Program-made: the position numbers and the translations under genes
Shown here: piece after piece, positions 11,640 through 24,041 of the stretch
Layout: each line of letters starts with the position of its first letter
Numbering within the stretch: position 1 is the first letter of the stretch
The notes under the pieces: generated by a model
Seen by the model: only the letters and a program-made list of their open reading frames with translations
Database searches by the model: none
Told to the model about the DNA's origin: nothing
Assembly (NCBI RefSeq): GCF_964213995.1
Contig: NC_135807.1
Location: 61,628,001 to 61,692,000 of the forward strand
DNA length: 64,000 bases
Direction: 5' to 3'
Source of the DNA: Mustelus asterias
Lineage: Eukaryota

Positions 11640-12560
11640 ACTGTCCACCCAGTTTGTTCCCGAGTCAGATTTGAAATGGTCAAAATGAGAATGTAACTTG
11701 CTCCCAGTGACTAACTCAGCAGGTGTGATACTGACATTGAGGTGAGGTGCCTTACGGTAATGAAAAGGAAATGCAGCTAATTGCTGATGCATGGTGCAAG
11801 GATCTTGCAACACCTTCTTCAGAAATAGCTCAGTTGGGAGAGCGTTCGACTGAAGATCTAAAAGTCCCTGGTTCAATCCCGGGTTTCGGCAGGACTCCCT
11901 TGCTGGCTTTCTGTGCTGTCTACTAATTGGCACTTTGAAAGGATGTACAGTCCTTTCAATTTTTCCTTTGGACTGCCAGTGTCCAGATGGAGAGGTAATA
12001 TGAGATACACCGTTCTTATTCAAGAATTGAGAAAAATCATTCACACCTTGAATACATTGGAGCCACTTTCAGTAGGGAAAGATTTTCACGTCTTCAGCCA
12101 GACAGAATCAACAGGGATATGCTGCCATGATTTTGTTGGCCATTGCCAAGTACTAGTTTCCTCAGGAATTACAGGTAAATTGATCTGAAAGACTTGATGC
12201 TCATGAATGGCATCTTCTGTGTTACAATGTAGAGAAGGTTACCACATGTATTTTCTAGCCAATCCATTGATTCTTACTACGGCAGGATAGGTGGTATGTA
12301 TTTCCCATGTCAAAGTGTTTTCAACTTTAGTTGGAATAACAACATAAAGTTCACAAGGCAAACATCCATCTTTGATCAAAGAATTATCTCTATTTCTGCC
12401 TTGAAATGGTAGTTCTGTTGGCAAAATGGCATCATTAGGCCAGCTAATCACCATGTACTGCAAAGCGGGATAGTACAGGGGTCATGCTCTGTACAATTAC
12501 TTATGTCACTGGTCATGATGAGAAGTGAGTCCACCTTCTCGGTAAACATTTTTCTGATGG
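11640..12560 (-). mobile_element. Gypsy-type integrase fossil interrupted by tRNA-Phe copy
   Basis: EIHTTYPAVVRINGLARKYMW (decayed LHxxHPGxxRMKxLARxYVW zinc-binding motif), NGVSHITSP...SKGKIERTV...FHYRKAPH...TPAELVTG (integrase core end). Confidence 0.75.
11822..11891 (+). tRNA. tRNA-Phe(GAA) pseudogene lacking the first 3 nt
   Basis: GAAATAGCTCAGTTGGGAGAGCGTTCGACTGAAGATCTAAAAGTCCCTGGTTCAATCCCGGGTTTCGGCA; anticodon GAA 11852-11854; 3 substitutions versus canonical as recalled; 5' GCC replaced by TCA, breaking the acceptor stem. Confidence 0.85.
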
Positions 12561-13104
12561 TGAAGTCCATACGTGAACCTGAGTGAAGCAGGACAAAAAA
12601 ATTCTGAATTGGCATTTAATTTTGATGGTTATTCTTGATGTCAAACTGAAAAATTGAATAGATCATTGTTGAATTTTCACCCAATTTAAAAACAGTTCTT
12701 AGAAAATATGAAGGGTAAAAGCTTATGAACAAAAAGGACACCTGAGTAGGTGTATGTATTAAATTTCATCATTTCAAATATAACATCACATACTATTTGT
12801 GAATAATTGATCTCAGTAGAAGAAAGAGTACAGGAGGTAAATGCTATAGTTCATTCAGAAAACAAAATGAGAAATCCTTGTTTTTATATGCATTTGATAC
12901 AGTTTAACTGATAAGATTAGCAACAAATTAGGGTCATAATGTTCCAATAATGGTGCACTTGCTATTAAAGCCATTAGCCTTTGGCCCAGAACTCCCATAA
13001 AGTGGCAATCACTGTCAGATTGCTGTTCTACTCCTTACTTATCCAAGAGCTGCACATAATTTGCCTGGACTTCTGACCCGGGTCTGGTGAGAAAAATATA
13101 GCGC

Positions 13105-13700
13105 AATGAGTGGGAGAGGGAATAAGTGTTGTGCGTGGAGAAAGAGTGAATTAGTGTGTTGGAGAGAGCGAATGTGGGAGAGAGAGAGAGAGGGAGAGGG
13201 AGTTTGGGGTGTAGGGGACATAGGTGGTGAGGGTGTGGGAGTGACAGAGTAAGTGAGGGAGTGAGTGAGTGTGTGGGAGAGAGAGAGTGAGGGTGTGAGT
13301 GTGAATATGGGAGAGAGTGTGAGTGAAGGAATGAGAATGTGTGGGAGAGATTGAGTGAGGGAGTGAGTAAGTGTGTGGGAGAGAGAGTGATTGAAGGAGT
13401 GAGAGAGGGTGTGGGAGAAGGGGATTTTATGTGTGAGGGAGAGAATGGGTGAGTGTGGGAGTGAGTATGTGCGAGAGAGAGAATGAGTGAATGTGTGGGA
13501 CAGTGTGAGTGAGGGAGTGAATGTGTGGGAGATAGATAAAGCGATTAAAGGAGTAAGAGAGTGTGTAGGTGAGAGAGCGAGGGTGTGTAGTTATGGAAGA
13601 GTGAGCAAAGATGTTTGTGTGTGCCTGGCTTACTCTCAGTCTCAGGATTCTCAGTCTGAGCACACAGATGGGGAGTGAGCCAGACACATACACTTTCACT
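13105..13700. repeat. GT/GA-rich low-complexity repeat, related to interior of hAT element 48531-50091
   Basis: Degenerate GTGTGGGAGAGA units; CAGTCTCAGGATTC and GTGAGCCAG motifs shared in inverted orientation with 49140-49270. Confidence 0.6.
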
Positions 13701-13834
13701 AATGAACATTTTTATTAATTACTAGTTTTTAAAAAATATCAATTTATTGCCTTGACATTGTTTTATTTTTGCCTCGCAAATTGTGTCTTCATCATTTCCA
13801 ACATTTCTTGTGAAATTCACATATCTTTCATATA

Positions 13835-14605
13835 CATATCTTCCAGTACAAGCAATTGCACCAAAGTGCGAACCTGACTAACAACCTTAAATTGGTTGTC
13901 AGCACAGTTCTTAGCAATTGTTGTCTAATTGCAGAATCATATTTAAAGTTACATATATTAATACACAAGGTCCTATTCTTTGTAGCTAGAAGAGCTTGGA
14001 CACACATTGCACCTATTTCAGCTAAACAAAATAAGTGGCAGCCATTTGCTGATTAATTCTCCCGGGCAATGTCATGACCAATCAGGGTCAAGCGGTCTGG
14101 TTTGAATTTCAAACAATGCTTGGCATTTATCTGTCAATTACCAACAACTGGTGCATTCTCCATGGTGACACCTATATCAACAACACAACTTGTCAAGTTA
14201 ACTTGCCATCCAATCAGCATTCTCTTCTCATTGTTTGCTTCTCTTCCCACACCTAGTGGTGCATAAGACAAACTTTCATCTGTTCCCACAGCAAGGCTTT
14301 TCTTGGAACAGGTCGCTGACCTGTCTCTAGAGGCTTATAGTCTGGGGGGCATGGCTGACCAGAAGTCTCCTGATCTTACCAGCTTCTACTGACCTGTTGG
14401 CCATGTTGTGAATGCACCTTCCTTGGCCATGAAGTCCTGGGGTGGGACTCAAACCCAGAGCTTCTGGCTCAGAGGCAGGGACACTATCCATTGCGCCACA
14501 AGGCTTCTTAATAAATTATCATTTTCCCATTATATTGGTATTCTTGCAAAGTGCCATGAGTGCAAGATGAAAAGCTTTGACATGTCTCTTTTTTCAACAA
14601 TATTA
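13835..14605. mobile_element. Penelope-like element relic with inverted arrangement (GIY-YIG C-terminus, 3' region, decayed hammerhead)
   Basis: Minus 13940-13835: DSAIRQQLL/ADNQFKVVSQVRTLVQLLVLE; plus from 13941: TYINTQGPILC; decayed hammerhead-like CATGAGTGCAAGATGAAAAGCTTTGAC near 14555-14581. Confidence 0.55.
14233..14505 (-). mobile_element. tRNA-derived SINE (non-HE1) inserted in the Penelope relic
   Basis: Minus strand head with A box TGGCGCAATGG and B box GGTTTGAGTCC. Confidence 0.6.
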
Positions 14606-14862
14606 TCTTCATGTGTGACTGATGAAGTTGTTGAAAAATATCAGCTCACAAAGATTCTGATGTGATGACATTTATATTTTCCAGTAGATTGATGGTGTGA
14701 ACCATGTATTTACCGCTCAATGTCTTGTTATGCACATCATCATCATCATCTTCTGGTTCATGAGTCACTTTATGTATATGTTTCTGATGGGATAGCGACA
14801 GTCTTTCTCATTGCTTGAAGGTACCTATTGTTTATAGTCTGTTTAGATCAGTGCATGGCTCT

Positions 14863-15213
14863 TTAGAATAGAATAGAATAGAATAGAAACCCTACAGTGC
14901 AGAAGGAGGCCATTCGGCCCATCGAGTCTGCACCGACCACAATCCCACCCAGGCCCTACCCCCACATATTTACCCACTAATCCCTCTAACCTACGCATTT
15001 TTTAGGATTCTAAGGGGCAATTTTTAACCTGGCCAATCAACCTAACCCGCACATCTTTGGACTGTGAGAGGAAACCGGAGCACCCGGAGGAAACCCACGC
15101 AGACACGAGGAGAAAGTGCAAACTCCACACAGACAGTGACCCGAGCCGGGAATCGAACCCGGGACCCTGGAGCGGTGAAGCAGCAGTGCTAACCACTGTG
15201 CTACCGTGCAGCC
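14863..15213 (-). mobile_element. HE1 (V-SINE), full length with (TAGAA)n tail; duplicate at 27768-28118
   Basis: Colinear with 5206-5538. Confidence 0.92.
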
Positions 15214-16600
15214 CTTTGTAGCTGCATTGGCCTTTACTCTAGTGCACTGCTGCTGTCAATGGCCCTTTCTGCCACATGCCTTGCAGAATTGATGGAAAGC
15301 TGGGCATTGCAGAAGATCACACCTCCTATGTGGCTTGCTAGGCTTAGGTGTTCTAGTGAATGTGCTGACAATTGGTTTGTGCTTAGGGTCTGTAAGCTTT
15401 GGTAATCTGCGAGGATCGCTTCACACTTCCATGAGTCGCTCCTCGATGCAGTACGTTTTAGGCCTGTCTAGCAGATCTTTCTAGAAAGCTTCCATGGAAG
15501 TGGATGTGATTACCAGCTCAACAATTCTGCCTGCTTTTTCAGCATTTGAAAAATCACAGTACATACCCTTTTCTCTGCACTTGTTGACGAAGTGGTCTGT
15601 GGATTCTGTAGGCTGCTGTTAAAATGACTTGAACTCTTGTTAATGAATGAGGAAATTTATGTTGATTTTGAAATGGACTTCCAAAGTAGTCCATATCTTT
15701 TGGGGAACCTTAGCTCTCCTTCCGTTATAGGTCTTAGAGTCACAGACCTTTACAGCATGGAAACAGGCCCTTCAGCTCAACTCGTCCATGCCGCCCAGTT
15801 TTTACCACTAAGCTAGTCCCAATTGCCTGTATTTGGCCCATATCTCTCTATACCCATCTTACCTGTTAACATGTTCAACCTGTGTATATTTCCATTCCCA
15901 ACTGCTAAGCAAATTTTTAGGCCTTCCATGTCTTGTTCGGATACACCTGAATCAGGAAGCCATAGCTTTGTACGCTGCTTAAACATTTTGAATTTGCTTT
16001 GTAGATCAGCTGCATTCTAAATCATTCTGACAATATCCCTTTGACCTTCCTTTTTCTGGACCAGCCTCGGATGTGTGTTGCTGTAGTTGCTTTTGCATGC
16101 TTGTCTGTAGCTCCGACCACGAAGGCAAGTTGTGGATGGAATACACCGCAGAGTAATAGAGTCTCTGCTTTTTATTCAATTCTCTGTTCAGTAACTCCCA
16201 AAGCCGCCTCTTATAATTGTGATCTTCTCTGGCCTGATTTTTATGACTGTTACTTTGTCTTTTGTTTTGTTTGACTTTCCCTTGCTCAATGTCAATCTGG
16301 CCCACATCCTGGTCACTCACCTTTCTCCACTGAGCTAACCTTGTGCTGGTCCTCGCGATGTGTTGTTCTATTCGAGGATCTGACAGGCTATGAGCTGCAA
16401 TCTCACCACAAGAGATTCATCTGCTTGCCAGCTCTTTATTTGAGCATTAGCTTGCTGATGTGTTTCCAAAGCTTGTCTTGACAGTGTTCACACTGCATTT
16501 TCAGTACACTCCAATGCTGCATCTTCAGATCAAGTCTGAGCAAAATAACAAAGGTCATCTCGTGTCATGTTGCACAATCTAAGGCTGTTCGCCGTGTTGT
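15214..16600 (-). mobile_element. Gypsy-type gag and leader relic (short CR1 tail inserted ~15727-15862); duplicate at 28119-29505
   Basis: Minus translation QQPTESTDHFVNKCREKGMYCDFS and zinc knuckle CPAFHQFCKACGRKGH*QQQC. Confidence 0.7.
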
Positions 16601-17870
16601 TTTTTTAATGCGTTCACAGGATGTGGACATCACTGGCTAGGCCATCCTGAGTTGCCCTTGAGAAAATGGTAGTGAGCTGCCTTCTTGAACTACTGCAGTC
16701 CCTGAGGTCTAGGTACACACATAGCGCTGTTACGGAGGGAATGCCAGGATTTCCACCCAGCGACAATAAAGGGATGGTGATATATTTACAAGTCAGGATG
16801 GTGAGTGACTTGGAGGGGACCTCCAGGTACTGGTGTTCCCAGATTTCACCTGCTCTTGTCCTTCTAGTTGGTAATGGTCGTGGGTTTGGAAGATGGTGTC
16901 TAATGAACTTTGGTAAGTTGCTGCAGTACATCTTGTGGATGGTACACATAGTTGCCATTGTTCGCCAGTGGTGGAGGGAGTGAACGTTTGTGTAAGGGGT
17001 ACCAATCAAGCAGGCTGCTTTGTCCTGGATGGTGTCAAGCTTCTTGAGCATTGTTGAAGCTGCATTCATCCAGACAAGGGGAGAGTATTATATTACACAG
17101 CTGACTTGTGCCTTGTAGATGGTGTACAGACTTTCGGGAGTAAGGATGGGAGTTACTCACCACAAATTCCTAGCCTTTTGCCTGCTCTTGTACTCAAAGT
17201 ATTTATGTGGCTAGTCCAGTTCAATTTCTGGTCAATGGTAACCCCCAGGATGTTGATAGTGTTGGATTCAGTGATGGTAATGCCATTGAATGTCAAGGGA
17301 TGATGGTTAGATTTTCTCTTGTTGGAGATGGTGATTGCCTGGTACTTGTGTGGCACAAATATTTTTTGCCACATGTCAGCCCAAGTCTGAATATTGTCCA
17401 GGTCTTGCTGTATTTGGACATGGACTGCTTCAGTATCTGAGGAGTCACAAATGGTGCTGAACATTGTACAGTCATCAGTGAGCATCCTCACTTCTGACCT
17501 TATGATGGAAGAAAGATCATTTATGAAGCAGCTGAAGATTGTTGGGCCTAGGACATTACCCTGAGGAACTCCTGCAGTGATGTCCTGGAGCTAAGATGAC
17601 TGACTTCCAACTATCACAACCATCTTACTTTGTGCCAGGTAGGACTCCAACCAGCAGAGAGTTTCCCCCGATTCACATTGACTCCAGTTTTGCTAGGGCT
17701 CCTTGATGCCACACTTGGTTGACAGCTACCTTGATGTCAAGGGCAGTTACTCTCACCTCACCACTGGAGTTCACCTCTTTTGTACATGTTTGAACCAAGG
17801 CTGTAATGAAGTCAGGAGCTGAACAACCCTTGCAGAATCCAATCTTAGCATCACTGAGGAGGTGATATTG
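16600..17870 (-). mobile_element. CR1-group LINE family B RT/3' end nested in the LTR element; duplicate at 29505-30775
   Basis: VTALDIKVAVNQVWHQGAL, LTDDCTMFS, LGVTIDQKLNWTSHI, LKKLDTIQDKAACLIG. Confidence 0.88.
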
Positions 17871-17904
17871 TACCTGTACTTCATCTTGCTGCCACATGTT
17901 TTAC

Positions 17905-18180
17905 CACAGCTGATCACCATGTTGTGTTATTATAATAACATAATACCTTGGACTAATTCACTCTACAAGTCAAAAGACAAACAATCACTCATAAGGGATT
18001 GGGTAAACACGCTTGGCTTCATTTTTTTAAAGACTAAGTGCATGCGAACAGTTATACATATGTATAAAGCTTGAAGACATCAGAGGTGTGTGTGCTCTGC
18101 TCAAAGCAAAAGTGAAACTAAGACTGGATCACACAACACATTTCCATTCTAGTGATGCCATGCCTTAAAAGCATATTCCA
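17905..18180 (-). mobile_element. 5' LTR and PBS of the gypsy relic; duplicate at 30810-31085
   Basis: Minus-strand junction ...CAACA|TGGTGATCAGC at 17920/17919; shares CAATCACTCATAAGGGATT with 3771-3789. Confidence 0.55.
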
Positions 18181-19030
18181 CCCATCCCCACTGTCCGGGG
18201 AAAGAAGATCTAGGTCCTTGTCTTTAGACTAAGCAAGACCAATCAGATTCTAATTCAATGTGCAGGGTATGCGGGTGGCTGGTAACACTCAGTGTAACTG
18301 AACTGAGCACCATAACTGATTCTCCCATTCACCATCCCTGACTACCCAACTATCCCCCCGATCTGACTCTACTAGCCCTCCCCAACCCACCCCAATTTTC
18401 CAATGACACCCCCAACCACCTGAATACAAACCACCTCACCGACCCATCCACTTTACGGAGTCACTCACTCTCTCACTTACCTGTTCACTTACTCAGTCAC
18501 TTAGACTTGGACCTTTCAAAACTTACCTGTGCATGGCAACTACTGTGGTGAAAAGGAGGTGTGTCCTCCCTTCTACTGTCTCTTGTTATACCTGACAATC
18601 TTCTCCAGCATGCTGACACATCAATGCTTCAACCAGTATTGGAAAGCCACGCTGGAAAATTGTAAGAAATAAATATTTGCTGACAGCATCAATGCATTCA
18701 GCATCAAAACTGACTGGAAGCTCTGGGCCATTGTCATGTTTTGCAATTGCCGCTCATGTACTGCATAGTGCACATGGATAATTTGAAACCCAATCTAGTC
18801 GATAGTTACTTACAAATGTCACAAAGTTGCTTTTATCTAAATGAGTTGAAAGAATACAAATGCTCCTACTATGTGCTGGAGCCAAGCTGAAGTTAAGCTA
18901 TTCTGATGGTTTCAGATTTCTGGTTCCTCTGAATAGACAATAGCCACATGTGGGGGGGGGGGGGGTAGAGAAAACTCCCATGACTACAAGATTGCGTAAT
19001 TATACCTGACTTCCTTCTTCATTTTCACAG

Positions 19031-19210
19031 GCTGAATTTAGAATTGTTTACAGCGAAAGATGTCATGGAGCGTCAAGTAAAGGTCCTTCACCTGAGGGAA
19101 AAGGTCTCTTCCCTGGCTGCACTTCTTCTGGAGACTAACCATGGTGGATTCCCTGTTATTTATCAACTAGAACAAGCCCATGAGGAAGTATTTATAGGAA
19201 GCATCACCAG
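19031..19210 (+). CDS. CLC chloride channel/transporter (ClC-6/7-like) exon, CBS1 domain, copy 1
   Basis: TTCTTCATTTTCACAG| ... |GTGAAC; 180 bp, phase 2-2; LNLELFTAKDVMERQVKVLHLREKVSSLAALLLETNHGGFPVIYQLEQAHEEVFIGSITR has the TAxDVM, HxGFPV and GxIxR CBS1 motifs. Confidence 0.88.
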
Positions 19211-19586
19211 GTGAACAATTTATGTGCTAGAACCCCACTGGTGTTGTCACTTAATGTTATGAATGAATGTTGATGTATTGTATCGGCCTGATGGTTTGCA
19301 CCTTTGAACAATAAAGAACCACTGAGCAGCTGGTAGTAGTAACCATCATGTCAGGAGTGTTGAAACAAACAGTTTTATAATGATGCATGAGCAAATCTAA
19401 ATCCGAACCACATTGGTTGGGAAAGAATGATTTCAATTTAACTCCTAGTTGTCCAAAGGAACTTTTGATTTAAAAAATGCATGTGATATTAAATGAAATG
19501 AAAAGAATTCACAGGAAACAGTCACATCTAATGGTTTTTATAGCAGTTGGCATTAATTGTTAACAAAATATTTCGCAGAACTTTGC

Positions 19587-19901
19587 CTATAGAATCTCTA
19601 CAGTGCAGAAGGAGGCCCATTGAGCCTTTGCCGACAACAATCCCACCCAGGCCCCATTCCCGTAACCCCATGTATTTACTCTGCTGGTCCTCCTGACACT
19701 AAGGGGCAATTTAGCATGGCCAATCAACCTAGCGTGCACATCTTTGGACTGTGGGAGGAAACTGGAGTACCCGGAGGAAACCCACACAGACATGGGGAGA
19801 ACGTGTAAACTCTACACAGATACTGACCCAAGCCAGGAATCGAACTTGGGTCCCTGGCGCTGTGAGGCAGCAGTGCTAACCACAGTGCCATTGTGCCGCC
19901 C
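19587..19901 (-). mobile_element. HE1 (V-SINE), older copy; duplicate at 32502-32816
   Basis: Colinear with other HE1 copies, more diverged. Confidence 0.9.
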
Positions 19902-20589
19902 AAAGCTTTAGCCTCTGAATCAAAGTGAGAAACCACATTCTCACTGATATATATATATATGTAAGGTGCTGGCCAGTTTGCTCTCAGTATTTTGCATAAA
20001 ATTCCTCAAGTGGGTGTGAAGATAAACGGAAATTGCATTCTGCTTATTCTGAAATAAGAAAGCGCCTTTCTGTTGCTCAGTATTTGGTGTGTTGTTTGTT
20101 TGAAAACTCTAGAAATATATCAGAGGTCTTTGCCAGCTGGACAAGAATGGTGTAAGACAATCCAACAAAAAAAGTAAAGCACTAAAAACAAATAATTAAG
20201 ATGTATTATGGGACACTGGTCACAAAACTCCCAGCTGTGTTTGAAAACAAAATCTATTTTAATTTATGTAGTTACACTGTGCAGTTGATACAAGAACAGA
20301 TAAGCTAGCAGTGGATACTCTACCACAGCCATGTGGTCTAACTGACAATCTGACAACAGTTTCTGTATTTTTGAAGTGCTTTCTTAGTGTTACTCCTCAT
20401 TCCTTTCTGTTATTTACTAACTTTAGCTGAGAGAGTAGGTGAGTAACCTTCTTGCAAACATCTGTGAATGTCATCAAGAGATACATAAGTTTGAGAACGA
20501 TTCTCCCCTCGGAAAAATTGAGATGCTCATATTTATGCAACACTTGTTATGCCACCTAAATGTCTCAGATTACTTCCACAATAAATTCC

Positions 20590-20810
20590 TTTTTGTTTAG
20601 AAGTATTGTTTAGAAGTATAAGATTGTTGTTCATTGGGGGAAAACAGCAGTCATTCTGTCTGAACAATTCCCTAATAACTAACATCAATAAGATGAATGC
20701 TGCTACTTAGTGAAGGTTAAACGCTAGCCAGGATACCAGAAGAACTCCCACTATTCAAGTAATGTCCGCGGGATCTTTTAATGTTTAGATAGAGAGGTCA
20801 TCGGTCTCTT
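20590..20810 (-). mobile_element. Degenerate Deu-type SINE; duplicate at ~33505-33725
   Basis: AGCCAGGATACC...GGGATCTTTTA is the reverse complement of the Deu-domain motifs seen at 23775-23835. Confidence 0.45.
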
Positions 20811-20977
20811 CCAAAGATTTTCCTCCTCTTCTAGAGTCAGATACAAGTGAAATACAGAATTAACGGGGGGTATATTATGGAGGTGGCGGGGTCTCAGCTA
20901 CCAGCTGGATGCTTGGTGAGAAACCCATGTTTTCTTCTTCGGAGCCGGCCCATTGAAATATGAGCCAATCAGGCCAT

Positions 20978-22494
20978 CAAGAACAAAGAACAAAGAACAA
21001 AGAACAATACAGCACAGGAACAGGCCCTTCGGCCCTCCAAGCCCGCGCCGCTCCCCGGTCCAGGATTGAATCCTGAATCCAGGGTCCCCGCCCAATTTTC
21101 TAGCCTATCTACATACTAATATCCTATCCCCGAGATGTCCCTCACAGCTATGATGCTTTGTTCATCACAACCTATTAACTCACCCCTACCCCCCCATTCC
21201 AGACCATGTGATCTCCAGGGAGAGGCGAAAACCCAGAGTGAAAACCCCAGGGCCAATAAGGGGAAAAAAAATCTGGGAAATTCCTCTCCGACCCCCTGAG
21301 GCGATCGAAACGAGTCCAGGAGATCACACTGGCCCTGATCGGAAAATGCTTCCCAACCCTATTCATTTCCACTTCCACGAACACCATATGAATTCCCTGC
21401 CCCCGAGACAGGTTCCCAACTATCCGCAGTCTCGCTCTGTACTGGCACCAGCAAGATGATCATAGAATGAAGCCTTGAAATGAGAAACAAAGAACAATTA
21501 GCCCGCGCCGCTCCCTGGTCCAAACTAGACCACTCTTTTGTATCCCTCCATTGCCACTCCGTTCATATAGCTGTCTAGATAAGTCTTAAACGTTCCCAGT
21601 GTGTCCGCCTCCACCACCTTGCCCGGCAACCCATTCCAGGCCCCCACGACCCTCTGTGTAAAATATGTCCTTCTGATATCTGTGTTAAACCTCCCCCCCT
21701 TCACCTTGAACCTATGACCCCTCGTGAACGTCACCACCGACCCGGGGAAAAGCTTCCCACCGTTCACCCTATCTATGCCTTTCATAATTTTATGCACCTC
21801 TATTAAGTCTCCCTCATCCTCCGTCTTTCCAAGGAGAACAACCCCAGTTTCCCCAATCTCTCCTCATAACCAAGCCCCTCCATACCAGGCAACATCCTGG
21901 TAAACCTCCTCTGTACTCTCTCCAAAGCCTCCACGTCCTTCTGGTAGTGTGGCGACCAGAACTGGACGCAGTATTCCAAATGCGGCCGAACCAACGTTCT
22001 ATACATCTGCAACATCAGACCCCAACTTTTATACTCTATGCCCCGTCCTATAAAGGCAAGCATGCCATATGCCTTCTTCACCACCTTCTCCACCTGTGAC
22101 GTCACCTTCAAAGATCTGTGGACTTGCACACCCAGGTCCCTCTGCGTCTCTACACCCTTTATGGTTCTTCCATTTATCGTGTATCTCCTCCCTACATTAT
22201 TCCCACCAAAATGCATCACTTCGCATTTTTATCAGGATTGAACTCCATCTGCCATTTCTTTGCCCAAATTTCCAGCCTATCTATATCCTTCTGTAGCCTC
22301 TGACAATGTTCCTCACTATCTGCAAGTCCTGCCAGTTTTGTGTCGTCCGCAAACTTACTGATCACCCCAGTTACACCTTCTTCCAGATCATTTATATAAA
22401 TCACAAACAGCAGAGGTCCCAATACAGAGCCCTGCGGTACACCACTAGTCACAGGCCTCCAGCCGGAAAAAGACCCTTCCACTACCACCCTCTG
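20978..22494 (-). mobile_element. Young 5'-truncated CR1 LINE with long 3' UTR and (TTCTTTG)n tail; duplicate at 33893-35407
   Basis: [51 protein letters not shown]; the two copies have frameshifts at different places. Confidence 0.93.
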
Positions 22495-22999
22495 GTAGGC
22501 CTTACCTGGGATCAAGGACCGTGGGGGCAAGAAGTCCTGCCTGAGAGCTGCCAGCAAATCAGAGGCTGGCAGCTCTTTTGCTCAGCAGTGCCACTGAGGA
22601 GGTGGTGGCTGCTATTGGAACAATCTTTAGCCCGATGCTCAGGATTGCAAAGTGACCCCGGTTGGAGGTAAATGATAGAGGAGGGGGCTTCATGGAGTTG
22701 GAGATCCTGGGGCAGAGGGGTGAGGGGGATTAGCAGCAAAGGCAGGGGCAGGGGCTGGGTCTTAACAACCCCCTTTCCCAACGCCATGTGCCTCATTCAG
22801 GCACTGAATTCCCTTACATGAGAACTCCCTGCCTGGAAAATGATAAGCAACATGCACAGGTTTGTTTGTCACGCTCCCTGCGTGGCGAGACCCCCCCAAC
22901 AGCCACTGGGTTAATACCAGTGGCAGCAGGCTAATGCCCTTATGGGTTTTTTTTTGCTACATAAAAGCCTCAGTTGGCAGAGAAGCAGGGAGGCCATCC

Positions 23000-23183
23000 A
23001 TTTAGCATGGCCAATCAACCTAGCGTGCACATCTTTGGACTGTGGGAGGAAACCGGAGTACCCGGAGGAAACCCACACAGACATGGGGAGAACGTGTAAA
23101 CTCCAGACAGATACTGACCCAAGCCAGGAATCAAACTTGGGTCCCTGGCACTGTGAGGCAGCAGTGCTAACCACGGTGCCATT
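23000..23183 (-). mobile_element. HE1 5' half; duplicate at 35913-36096
   Basis: Very similar to 19710-19893. Confidence 0.85.
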
Positions 23184-23629
23184 GAGCTGGAGTCGGGAAT
23201 GTGGTGGGACCCCCACATACCACCATCCTAACTAATTAAATGCCACCAACACCTCCAAACTTGTCACCAAAGGGTGAGGGGGGAAGGAGTGGGGAGGGGG
23301 GAACAGAGGTATAAAATACTAACCCTAAAGTCATCATGGGGAGTAATGTAGCTGTATCAAATGTTGGCATTTGTCTGTGTATTGATTCCACATCACTAAC
23401 TGGGAAATCATGAAGGCATTGTGGAAGCGGGTTGACTAAATATATTCTTCGACAAATTTAGGTTGTGGATTCTTTGCTGAATAGCATTAGCTATTTGTCA
23501 TAAAATTAAAGCTGAATCGCCTTTGTAAAATTTATTTTTCATTTGCTTTTCATAAAAATGAATGAATATAAATCATTTTAGAATATTGTAGATTTGTTCT
23601 TTTCTCACTTGAGTCCAGTTAGAGTGACA

Positions 23630-24038
23630 ACCATGGCTCAGTTGGTAGGACTTTCACCTCTGAGTAACAATGTTCTGAGCTCCAATGCATTACTGAGGGA
23701 GTACTGCACAGGCAGAGGTGCCATCTTTCAGATGAGACTTTGGACCCAGGTCGCATCTGCTCACTTGGATGGTTGTAAAAGATCCATGACACTATTTTGA
23801 AGAAGAATAGGGAAGTTATTCCTGATGTCCTGGCCTAAATTTACCAGTCAATCAATATAATAAAAAGAATTAGCAAGTCATTATCCCATTGCCATCTGTG
23901 GGGGTTTGCTGTGCATAGATTGCCATGTTTCCAACGCCATTAGAGTGACGACACTTCAAAAAGTACCTAATTAGCTATAAAGTTCTTTGAGACATGCTTT
24001 AGAAAGGTGCTAGATAAATGCATGTCTTTCTTTTCTTT
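23630..24038 (+). mobile_element. Deu-type SINE (SacSINE1/AmnSINE1-like); duplicate at 36543-36951
   Basis: TGGCTCAGTTGGTAG head, TACTGAGGGAGTACTGCAC, GATGAGAC, AAAGATCCATGACACTATTT, L2-like tail GCTAGATAAATGCATGTCTTTC. Confidence 0.75.
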
Positions 24039-24041
24039 TAG

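Noticed and set aside
11601-12044. 147-aa ORF open across the tRNA-Phe insertion
   Set aside because: The integrase motifs are heavily mutated and the upstream frames are broken; no sign of domestication
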